Source of the DNA: a virus
Taxonomy: Duplodnaviria; Heunggongvirae; Uroviricota; Caudoviricetes
DNA: 64,000 nt
Strand: one strand, 5' to 3'
Virus record (IMG/VR): IMGVR_UViG_2541047543_000003
Positions 1 to 8,419 of this stretch are shown piece by piece. The notes under the pieces were generated by a model. It worked only from the letters and a program-made list of their open reading frames with translations. It ran no database searches and was not told the DNA's origin. Position 1 is the stretch's first letter, and each line of letters begins with the position of its first letter. A program made the position numbers and the translations under genes.

Positions 1-258
1 AATAAAAGGCTGACAGCACTTCTTAGAAAAGTACAAGTTCTCTTGTTCAAAGATCACCTTTTGAATCTCAGGATATTCAGTAAATCGAAGTGATTGATAC
101 AAAGCTTCTGTGCCAAGGAGTTCCAAACCATTAATTGAGATCGGAAACCCTGCACACATGTTAGATAGCTCTCCCCACTTCCCTCTTGTTTTGAAGAAGG
201 CTGCTGAGGTTTCCTTATCATATGTACGAAAATGAACCGTGTTTGTTTGTTGATTCAT
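1..258 (-). CDS. NADAR (YbiA/DUF1768-like) family protein, 5' part only; runs off the window edge; not in the ORF track
   Basis: My translation from ATG 258 (RBS AAAGGAAA): MNQQTNTVHFRTYDKETSAAFFKTRGKWGELSNMCAGFPISINGLELLGTEALYQSLRFTEYPEIQKVIFEQENLYFSKKCCQPFI, open to base 1. The LSNM..GFP, TEALYQ..RF and IQ..I pattern is typical of NADAR proteins. Confidence 0.75.
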   Translation of the reverse strand, partial: MNQQTNTVHFRTYDKETSAAFFKTRGKWGELSNMCAGFPISINGLELLGTEALYQSLRFTEYPEIQKVIFEQENLYFSKKCCQPFI

Positions 259-309
259 AAAATTTCCTTTCTCAATTCTGTAAGGGGGCTAGCCCCCAAA
301 ATCAATTCC

Positions 310-1125
310 TTAACTTAGTCTCTTTATCTTGTCTGGAGCTTGAACATTTTTCCAAGCGATAACTTCTGGTTTCTTACCGCGCTTCTCCCCATCTGCCGCG
401 ATAGAATGGTTTTTAGTAATTACCTTAAACTCGAACCCATTTTCTTCTAGCAAGCTTAGAATGAAGTCTGTAGGGTTATTTGTTAGTACTGTAGGCAACC
501 CTGTGCTACCAGCCCACTTGATGCAGCGTACATGATCTTCTTTTGAGAAACCTTCTACCCAGTAGCTAGAGAACGTTTCATCGTATGGAGAGTCAACAAA
601 AAGGAATGCGTTATCAGGTAGAAGAATCTTTTCAAAGTCCGTAGAGAGGATTTCCCAATTACTCATGATATTTTTGTAGCCAAGAAGGTCTTCACGGATT
701 AGCGGTTTAGAATCGCCTTGTGGAACGTTGAAGAAGCCCTTCTTATTGTAGCGACACATACCATTGAAGCTTGTTCTAAGAATTACGTAAAACAGTATGG
801 CAAATTCCTCACTGTGCGTTTTACCATTGGTGATTAATTGATTTAAACGCTCTCGGTTTTTGTAGTAATCACCGTCGATACCGTATTTCTTCAAATCAAC
901 TACCAGACCGCTCTTAACGTGCCTGTACATATTCATTAGATGAGGGTTTATGTCGTTAACAATGGTTTTTTCAGCTTCAATCGCAAACGCGCAAGCTCCA
1001 CCACCAAAGAATGGTTCAACAAAGCTTGTTGCTTCGCTGTTGGTGTAAAACTCTTTTATAACATCTGTAAGCCAACGCTTGCCACCAGCCCACTTGATAA
1101 ACGGTTCATAAGTAATTCCACTCAT
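310..1125 (-). CDS. dam: Dam-like (D12 class) DNA adenine methyltransferase
   Basis: PFIKWAGGKRWL, FVEPFFGGGA (SAM binding), FNGMCRYNKKGFFNVP; catalytic motif reads DSPY instead of DPPY. Confidence 0.88.
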   Translation of the reverse strand: MSGITYEPFIKWAGGKRWLTDVIKEFYTNSEATSFVEPFFGGGACAFAIEAEKTIVNDINPHLMNMYRHVKSGLVVDLKKYGIDGDYYKNRERLNQLITNGKTHSEEFAILFYVILRTSFNGMCRYNKKGFFNVPQGDSKPLIREDLLGYKNIMSNWEILSTDFEKILLPDNAFLFVDSPYDETFSSYWVEGFSKEDHVRCIKWAGSTGLPTVLTNNPTDFILSLLEENGFEFKVITKNHSIAADGEKRGKKPEVIAWKNVQAPDKIKRLS

Positions 1126-1251
1126 TTTTTATCTCTTTTATTAATTAATTTTTAGTTCTTCAATTTGTTTAGTGCGAAATACAGGTAAAAATGCACATCA
1201 AAATATTTTACCACATAAAAAAGTTTGTGTAAGATGTAAATAATCAAAAAA

Positions 1252-1788
1252 ATGGTAAATAGCAAATTTATGAAAGAGTTAAGCAAAAAACTACGCGAGC
1301 TGGCTGAAAATCCAGAAACAGAAAGCATGAGTAAAGAAGAAGTAATAAACCAGATTCGAACACTATGCGGTGATGATAATAGTGACCATTTTTATCTAGC
1401 TCGATTTCATTTCGAAACCACAAGAATGGACGTGTTTGATGAGATGCTTTCAATGTCAATGATTGAAGCTATTCTTCCTGACTTACTCAAGATTGATGAC
1501 ATGGATTCCCCACTAGCTGATATTGCATCAATGACATTGATAACAATGAGTGTCAGTCATGACCCATTTGTTGATAAGTTAAAGGATGGGTTAGGGGAAT
1601 CATTTCCTCTTTGGGAAGAAAAGATGTTAACTAGGCTAAAGTTATCAATGAGAAATCTATTTTATCATTTCAAGAGCGTGGGCGAATCAGAGTCTGAAGC
1701 CAGAGCCAGTATAAAATCACACTATATTGCAGAATATACCAAATCAAGGTATCTACCTTTCGTAAGAAAAAGCCTTGAGTTTATCTAG
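1252..1788 (+). CDS. hypothetical protein
   Basis: 178-aa ORF, no recognisable motif. Confidence 0.6.
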   Translation: MVNSKFMKELSKKLRELAENPETESMSKEEVINQIRTLCGDDNSDHFYLARFHFETTRMDVFDEMLSMSMIEAILPDLLKIDDMDSPLADIASMTLITMSVSHDPFVDKLKDGLGESFPLWEEKMLTRLKLSMRNLFYHFKSVGESESEARASIKSHYIAEYTKSRYLPFVRKSLEFI

Positions 1789-1820
1789 ATCACCATAATC
1801 TAAAAATACAGGAAAATACA

Positions 1821-2216
1821 ATGGTCGAATCCATTGTAGTATCATCATTATGCTCCACCTACGAAATTCCATCGGATATCGACAAGGAGTTAATGATTGA
1901 GATAGGACTGTCGATTCAAGCCGCGTTAAGTGATGGATTTGAAGCATCTAAAACGCTTCACCAGCCCCCGATCATTCTTACCAATAATCTTATCCAAAAG
2001 TATGGCATTTCACTATGTCTTGATAACCATCTATCGAACATTGTAAGCAAAGCGCTTTGCAAAGCGTTTATGGATGGACACGCAGAAGGGAAAGGGATTA
2101 GAAAATTCGTTGATTTAGCTGAATGTAGTGATGACCAATACATAAATATGATTGGTAGAGTTATTGATACCCATGCTAAACCTGATCATCTCGCTGTATT
2201 GAATTATCTGACTTAA
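1821..2216 (+). CDS. hypothetical protein
   Basis: 131-aa ORF with AGGA RBS. Confidence 0.6.
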   Translation: MVESIVVSSLCSTYEIPSDIDKELMIEIGLSIQAALSDGFEASKTLHQPPIILTNNLIQKYGISLCLDNHLSNIVSKALCKAFMDGHAEGKGIRKFVDLAECSDDQYINMIGRVIDTHAKPDHLAVLNYLT

Positions 2217-2471
2217 ATTTTGTCATAAAATGATAATCCGACTGCTAAACATGGTCGGATTTTTGCTTTGTAATTAACCCCAAGCACAATGAAAATGACC
2301 TCGGATAGATCGCACCCGCAACATAAATTATCGCATTTATGCCAAGGTAAACATATTGGACAAATAAAGGTTCAACTTCCTGATTGGATAAATCATGCAT
2401 GGCAAATGGTATGTGCGTCAAAAGAAGTAATGCGCTCAACACTCTTACCTTCGCCCTGTTACCTATCTTTA

Positions 2472-3692
2472 TTAGAAGAAGCCTAGTTGTTGCTGAGAAC
2501 CTATTTCCTTACCTGATGCGTGATTAAGTTCCAGATCCTGTTCCTTCTCTTTCTTCTCAATAATTGTTATGTCTCTCCCCTTCAGTTCGGTAGCAATAAT
2601 GTTTGATACTGTCACCCAACATCCGTTAGATAGTCCAGACGCGATTCTAGGCATCAGAATCCTACCTGTAGGGAATGCCTTATTGATTGCTCTCAGAGAC
2701 TTTCTAACAGCCTCATAATCGCTATGTAGAATCGGTTGTCTTCCCCATCTAAACTGAGTGTATGCATTCACAACAGTGAAGTTTGCATCTCCGCGCTGAA
2801 GGTTCGCATAGGTGAAGGTTCCAAGCTTTTTCCTATCAGCTTTTTTAGTTCGTAGATCAGCCTGGTATGCCTCATTAAATTCTTGCTTAACTCTAAGAGC
2901 GAAACCGCTACCCATCGCATTTTGACAGTTACAACCATGAATAAGGATGTCGTATTCCTTGTTAAGCATAGCCTGTACAAAATCTCCCTTGTGAACTTGC
3001 CTAAATGGTTGGAACTCATTGTATTTCTTCTCAACATACTCCAGCGGATCAAATCCAAAGTGTTGAAAAATCATATGTCGCGCATTTTCGAGTTTCTGAT
3101 CAATTAACACATCAATTTGAGGGTTGCCTGTATTGAATACCTTGATATTTCTTCTGCTTGCGATACGGATAGCTTGCCCCGTACCTCCAGTCTTTGAAGA
3201 TGTTTGCGATTCATCTAAAGCTCCATCAGGAGTGTGGCACATGACAAAATTCACTGGTTTCTGGAGTGTTTCTCCAAGCACCTGACAGGTGTTTCTACAC
3301 ATCATGTTTTTAGCCCCATCCACAAGATACTGCCAATCTGGATGGTGACTTTGAGCAATACTAATGATCTGATTTGTTTTAGGCGGAACGATATATTCGT
3401 TTCCATTACCCCTACCATTAAAACCAGCCCAAGGTAAGAAACAGTTTAGTACTCTTTGGTATTCACCTTTTGGTAAACCAAAATTATCTGAAAGCCAATC
3501 ATACGCAAGCTTGGAACCAAATTCTGTCGATGTGTCTATACCATCTGCCCCGCCTGTGTTGTTCGTATAACCAAACAACGCCATGCAGAATGCAAACTGC
3601 GCATGTTTTAGTGAAGTGATATGACTAACTCGCCTACTACCTATACCTGCGAAAGACCCTAAATTTGCATAGCCTACTATGGGATCAAACAT
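2472..3692 (-). CDS. SLOG (DprA/YspA-like) domain fused to a macrodomain (ADP-ribose binding/hydrolysis)
   Basis: N-term FAGIGSR...TGGADGID...FLPWAGFNG...CHTPDG...GGTGQAIRIA (SLOG-type); C-term KGD...IHGCNCQNAMGSGFA...VVNAYTQ...MPRIASGLSNG (phage-type macrodomain). Confidence 0.8.
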   Translation of the reverse strand: MFDPIVGYANLGSFAGIGSRRVSHITSLKHAQFAFCMALFGYTNNTGGADGIDTSTEFGSKLAYDWLSDNFGLPKGEYQRVLNCFLPWAGFNGRGNGNEYIVPPKTNQIISIAQSHHPDWQYLVDGAKNMMCRNTCQVLGETLQKPVNFVMCHTPDGALDESQTSSKTGGTGQAIRIASRRNIKVFNTGNPQIDVLIDQKLENARHMIFQHFGFDPLEYVEKKYNEFQPFRQVHKGDFVQAMLNKEYDILIHGCNCQNAMGSGFALRVKQEFNEAYQADLRTKKADRKKLGTFTYANLQRGDANFTVVNAYTQFRWGRQPILHSDYEAVRKSLRAINKAFPTGRILMPRIASGLSNGCWVTVSNIIATELKGRDITIIEKKEKEQDLELNHASGKEIGSQQQLGFF

Positions 3693-3694
3693 TC

Positions 3695-4174
3695 CTAACC
3701 TCTGAGCTTATCTCTTAGCTGAGAAAGGGAGCTATCACTTAAGAATTCTGGGACAAACCAATGATCCATACTGAGATTATCAATATGCTCATCTTCAATT
3801 TTGGATGTAGAAAACTTTTTTTCGATAAAACGAGCTACATTACTAATGCTATTTCTGTTTGTGTAGAAACAGAAAGCCTTTGTTTTATTGAAGTCGTGAG
3901 ATTTATAAATAAAAAGAAGATCATCTTCATGAGTTTTTAAGTATTCATCTACAAACTCATTAATCATGTTGCCATCAATACTTTCATCACTAATTCGAAT
4001 CGCAGAATCAAAGAAGCGGATACCTTCAACTTCCATTTCTCTTTTCTTTTTTAGGATTAACAGGTCAACTTGCATAGCAAATTGAGTGTTATGCTGATTA
4101 CGATATTGAACCTTCTTAATGGTTAGCTCAACCAACTCAAGCAATAATTTTTTCTGAATTTTTGTATATTTCAT
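3695..4174 (-). CDS. hypothetical protein
   Basis: 159-aa ORF, co-oriented and abutting the SLOG-macro gene. Confidence 0.6.
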   Translation of the reverse strand: MKYTKIQKKLLLELVELTIKKVQYRNQHNTQFAMQVDLLILKKKREMEVEGIRFFDSAIRISDESIDGNMINEFVDEYLKTHEDDLLFIYKSHDFNKTKAFCFYTNRNSISNVARFIEKKFSTSKIEDEHIDNLSMDHWFVPEFLSDSSLSQLRDKLRG

Positions 4175-4247
4175 TATAACTTATTTTTTATTAATTTAAT
4201 AAATTTAATGCGGGATGCTAACACCCCGCCCCTGAATCATGACCTGA

Positions 4248-4781
4248 TTAAGACAGCTCAAATGACTCACTATTAACATAACTAATGACTGCTAACTCTT
4301 TAGATTCCATCAGCTCTTGGAAGAACTCTTTATCACTGTATGCTTCAATCAAAAGACCTTCTTCCAATGATTTAATTTCTCTATGAAGAGCGAATTCCAT
4401 CAAAGCAATGAAGATTGCAATTCCTAGCGTTGAAGCCAGAATTACTGGAACAAATAAGAGCAACAAAACCACAAAGAATGTTTCGATAGACAAGAAATCC
4501 ATAAAATCTAAGAATTTTGCTCTTATCTTTCCATAAACACCCATGCCATGAACATAGTTTGATGTGAAGTATCGATGCAAGCCAAACGGAGCACTTTGAG
4601 GTTTACTAGAATACTCAATAAAAAGCCTATGTGGGTTTTTGAATTCGAAACTTGCAAAAGACAAAGTTCTTTCCCTTTCGCCTTCTGACTCTTTAGATTT
4701 CGCAACTAGAAAGTCATAGATATCACGAAATTTATCGTGATCTTCAATTTTAAAACCTGGAAACATTTTAGCTATCTCCAA
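4248..4781 (-). CDS. hypothetical membrane protein
   Basis: Hydrophobic stretch FFVVLLLLFVPVILASTLGIAIFIALM. Confidence 0.6.
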   Translation of the reverse strand: MEIAKMFPGFKIEDHDKFRDIYDFLVAKSKESEGERERTLSFASFEFKNPHRLFIEYSSKPQSAPFGLHRYFTSNYVHGMGVYGKIRAKFLDFMDFLSIETFFVVLLLLFVPVILASTLGIAIFIALMEFALHREIKSLEEGLLIEAYSDKEFFQELMESKELAVISYVNSESFELS

Positions 4782-4784
4782 AGA

Positions 4785-5237
4785 TTAACTTAAAGGCTTT
4801 TCATCTGATTTCTCAGACTCATCAACTGCAACTGTGTCTGCAATTGAAACAATCACTACGCGATCATCAACCATTTTTTGGTAAAACTCTTCACTAGAAG
4901 CCATGTGCGCAAAAACTTCATCTTTGAAGATCTTGTAAGCAAGATGCATAACACCTGCGAATACCAGTGTCGCTAGCAAGAACATACGTAGCGGTGTGAT
5001 TAGCAGCAAAAAGTTCATAGCCCAGAAAAACGCTTTGTGCTTCTGATAAGCTGCAAGCGGCTTAATAAGCTTGTTTTTCTTATGCCGCATCAATGAATCA
5101 GGGAAGATTGTCTTTGATTCTTCAAGTGAAACGAAAACATTAACAAGCTCTTTGCTATTGATAGCTACTTGTACTGTATCGTTTAGCGACTTGAAGTTCG
5201 CGACAAACTCCGCATGGGTTGCATTTCTCATACTCAT
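4785..5237 (-). CDS. hypothetical membrane protein
   Basis: Two hydrophobic segments; similar layout to the neighbouring ORF. Confidence 0.6.
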   Translation of the reverse strand: MSMRNATHAEFVANFKSLNDTVQVAINSKELVNVFVSLEESKTIFPDSLMRHKKNKLIKPLAAYQKHKAFFWAMNFLLLITPLRMFLLATLVFAGVMHLAYKIFKDEVFAHMASSEEFYQKMVDDRVVIVSIADTVAVDESEKSDEKPLS

Positions 5238-5279
5238 AAATTTTCCTTTTCAATGTTAGTGAAGACCAGCGAAGCTCAA

Positions 5280-6203
5280 CTAACACTCTAAAATTACATT
5301 TTCATTTATTAATTGATTTGAATATTTCAAGCCTGAATCTTTACTTTCTATCTTAACCAACTCCCAAGCTTCTTCATTATTGAGAAGTTCAGTGAGAGCC
5401 AAACTATTTAGAGCGTGTCCAGATTTGAACGCTGTTATCTTGCCTACAATCTGTTTCCCCTTGACATAGAAGTCACCGACTGCATCCAAAATTTTATGAT
5501 TGACGAACTCTGCGTCACATCTTAACCCATTATCATTCAAAACCTTAAAATCATCAAGCACTATCGCATTATCAAAACTACCACCTTTGACCAAGCCTAT
5601 GCTTTGTAGGTACTCAATTTCCTTTAGAAACCCGAACGTTCTAGATCTAGCCACTTCACTTACCAAGTCAAAAGAAGAAAAGCTAAACAATGCTTGTTGC
5701 GGAGTGCTTCTGATTGCTGTGTGTTCAAAGTCTATTTGATAGTCAATAACGAAGTTATTTGATGGTTCTATCGTTATGTACTTGTCATCCATTTCAACAT
5801 GAATCTTACGCTTAACCTTGATGATTTCCTTTGGCGCATTTTGAATCTCAATGCCAGCTTCCTTGATCAGATAAACGAACGGACTCGCTGACCCATCCAT
5901 AATTGGCATCTCATCGCCACTTACGAAAACACTGATGTTATCAATTCCTGTCATTGCTAAAGCAGCCATGAAATGCTCTACAGTCTTTATTTTTGCACCA
6001 TTGTACTCAATAGCTGAACAAAGCTGTGTATCTTTCACTGATGCTAAAGAGAGAGGGATCTCTATATCCATATCAGACTCGCGCTTATAGAATCTTATTC
6101 CTTGATTTACAGGTGCAGGCATTAAAAGCACATGGGAAATCTTCCCTGTATGCAAGCCAATACCAGAAAATTCTGATTTCTGCCTAATAGTTCTTTGCTT
6201 CAT
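5280..6203 (-). CDS. lpxC: UDP-3-O-acyl-N-acetylglucosamine deacetylase
   Basis: MKQRTI..., GIGLHTG, TVEHFMAAL (Zn ligand), EMPIMDGSA, ARSRTFGF, HKILDAVGD, KSGHALN. Confidence 0.96.
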   Translation of the reverse strand: MKQRTIRQKSEFSGIGLHTGKISHVLLMPAPVNQGIRFYKRESDMDIEIPLSLASVKDTQLCSAIEYNGAKIKTVEHFMAALAMTGIDNISVFVSGDEMPIMDGSASPFVYLIKEAGIEIQNAPKEIIKVKRKIHVEMDDKYITIEPSNNFVIDYQIDFEHTAIRSTPQQALFSFSSFDLVSEVARSRTFGFLKEIEYLQSIGLVKGGSFDNAIVLDDFKVLNDNGLRCDAEFVNHKILDAVGDFYVKGKQIVGKITAFKSGHALNSLALTELLNNEEAWELVKIESKDSGLKYSNQLINENVILEC

Positions 6204-6316
6204 TTCTTTTTCTTCTTATTTTTTATTTGCAATATCAATTGATAATACCAACTGAGCGATAGTTGGTCAATTTTGGTCATACCAGTAATAAAAAAGCCGC
6301 TTAAAAGCGGCTAATA

Positions 6317-6856
6317 TCAAATGTAACTCCTGTCTATTCCCTCTCGGAATATGACATCTTTCACTAAGGGAAAGACAACTTCATCAATAGCCTTACCCTC
6401 TTTAATGAGGTTTCGCACTAAAGTACTTCTGATGTTTACGATATCCTGAACTACCGATAAAGACCACTTCTCTTTTATCTCCGCGCTGCGGTAAAAAGCA
6501 TCAAAATTGTCTTCATTATCCTTACCAATGATTAGGATAAATTCACAACCAGGATGCTTCTGTGTTAGGTGAGAAAGCAGATCTAAACTATAAACAGGCT
6601 TACCATCTTTCGCAATGTCCCTTTCACAGTATTCTCCTTTAACCTTTACGCCATAGTTATCGACCATCTCTTTACTAAATGCATCCACCAGCTTACATCT
6701 TAGGTCGAAATCGACCATCTGCTTACCGAAAGCATGGCTAAAGCTTGGAACCATCCAAATTTCATCAAACTTATCGCGAACTTGCAATATCGCATTTGCA
6801 TGACCCAGTGTTGGTGGATTGAATGCACTGCCGAAAATTCCTATCTTTATACTCAT
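6317..6856 (-). CDS. nadD: nicotinate/nicotinamide mononucleotide adenylyltransferase
   Basis: GIFGSAFNPPTLGH (HxGH-type), IIGKDN, IRSTLVR; divergent from pncB. Confidence 0.88.
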   Translation of the reverse strand: MSIKIGIFGSAFNPPTLGHANAILQVRDKFDEIWMVPSFSHAFGKQMVDFDLRCKLVDAFSKEMVDNYGVKVKGEYCERDIAKDGKPVYSLDLLSHLTQKHPGCEFILIIGKDNEDNFDAFYRSAEIKEKWSLSVVQDIVNIRSTLVRNLIKEGKAIDEVVFPLVKDVIFREGIDRSYI

Positions 6857-6971
6857 AAAAAACCCTTTTATTTCAAATGTAAAAACTTGATTGGTGTATT
6901 ACCATTCTATTTCCATATGATAACACAAAAAGCAAACCAAGCAACCTTAATTCATTTTTTGAATTAAGGTG

Positions 6972-7000
6972 TTGACAGGATGCTTTTTGAGGGTTAGTAT
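6972..7000 (+). promoter_or_regulatory. sigma70-type promoter of pncB-nadE
   Basis: TTGACA (6972-6977), 17 nt, TAGTAT (6995-7000). Confidence 0.65.
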
Positions 7001-7036
7001 TTACCTAAATTCAGATTATGCATTAAGGTAAATCAC

Positions 7037-8344
7037 ATGAACGGTCAAACAAATACTCAGTTCAAAAAAGAACAGCACAACTCCCTATTAAGCAATGTAG
7101 AAGTCAACTCTATTAATTCTGCATTCCATCGTCGTGACCGTATCATCACGAGCTTGCTTGATAACGATTTCTACAAGTTCAACATGATGTACGCGATCTT
7201 TAAGATGCATCTTGGCGCTAAAGTCAAAGCAAAGTTCAAAGTACGTAATGATGAAGATCTTGCTTCTGTTATGCCAGAGGTTAAGCGCCAGATTGAAATG
7301 CTTAGCCATTTGCGTCTGGATGAAACAGGCTTAAACAACCTACGCGAGAAAGCACCGTTCTACGATGAGACGTTCTTTGAGTACCTATCAATGTACAAAC
7401 TGAACAGCAATCACATCTCAATTACGCAAACAGGTAAAAACAACCTAGAAATCGAGTATAACGGTTCTTGGATTGGTTACATTCTTTACGAAATCTACGT
7501 AATGGCTATCGTCAGCGAATGTCGTAACCTATACCTGTACCCTAATGCAACAATGGAACAGTTCAAAAAACCACTTCACGAAAAAATTAAATGGCTTAAA
7601 AAGCAACGTGAGTTAGGTCGTATTGATGAAAACTTCCATTTCGCTGACTTTGGTACTCGTCGCCGTTTTTCTGGAAAAGTACATGAATACCTTGTCGAAA
7701 CACTAAAGCGTGAGTTACCAGAACATTTCGTTGGTACTTCAAATGTGCGCCTTGCCTCTCAGCACCATCTTACAGCGATTGGCACCCAAGCGCATGAATG
7801 GTTCCAAGCACACCAGAACCTTGGATACCAGCTTGTCAATAGCCAGAAAGCTGCCCTAGAAAATTGGGTACAGGTTTTCCGTGGTGAGCTGGGTATTGCT
7901 CTAACTGACTGCATTTCAATGAAAGCATTTGTTAAAGACTTTGACCTGTTTTTTGGCAAGCTGTTCGACGGTCTTCGTCATGACTCTGGTTGCCCATTTA
8001 AATGGGGCGAGATGGCTATTCAAGCATATGAAGATCTTGGAATCGACCCTAACACAAAAACACTCATCTTTAGTGATGGTCTAGACTTAGAGAAAGCTGT
8101 AGACATCTACAACCACTTCAAAGGTCGTATCAAAATGTCTTTCGGCATCGGCACATTCCTAACTGCTGATATGGATATCGAAGGCTTCAAAGCAATGAAT
8201 ATGGTGATGAAGCTTGTTGAAACTAACGGCAAACCAGTAGCGAAACTATCTGACAGCCCAGGAAAAACCATGTGTGAAGATGAGGAATTCATCACTTACT
8301 TGAAAAAAGTTTTTGATTACAAAGAAGAAGATCTTTTAAGTTAA
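7037..8344 (+). CDS. pncB: nicotinate phosphoribosyltransferase
   Basis: SLLDNDFYKFNM, ADFGTRRRFS, GTSNV, GTQAHEW, LRHDSG, FSDGL, FGIGT, KLSDSPGK. Confidence 0.96.
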   Translation: MNGQTNTQFKKEQHNSLLSNVEVNSINSAFHRRDRIITSLLDNDFYKFNMMYAIFKMHLGAKVKAKFKVRNDEDLASVMPEVKRQIEMLSHLRLDETGLNNLREKAPFYDETFFEYLSMYKLNSNHISITQTGKNNLEIEYNGSWIGYILYEIYVMAIVSECRNLYLYPNATMEQFKKPLHEKIKWLKKQRELGRIDENFHFADFGTRRRFSGKVHEYLVETLKRELPEHFVGTSNVRLASQHHLTAIGTQAHEWFQAHQNLGYQLVNSQKAALENWVQVFRGELGIALTDCISMKAFVKDFDLFFGKLFDGLRHDSGCPFKWGEMAIQAYEDLGIDPNTKTLIFSDGLDLEKAVDIYNHFKGRIKMSFGIGTFLTADMDIEGFKAMNMVMKLVETNGKPVAKLSDSPGKTMCEDEEFITYLKKVFDYKEEDLLS

Positions 8345-8419
8345 TTATTTGATAACTATAATCTAAAAGTGCCAAGCCCTGCTTGCAGGGCTTGATTAAT
8401 AATTAAATTGGAAAAGTTT

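Noticed and set aside
6857-7036. NrtR/NadR operator between nadD and pncB
   Set aside because: Only short imperfect palindromes (GGTGTATTACC); cannot be supported without a matrix scan.
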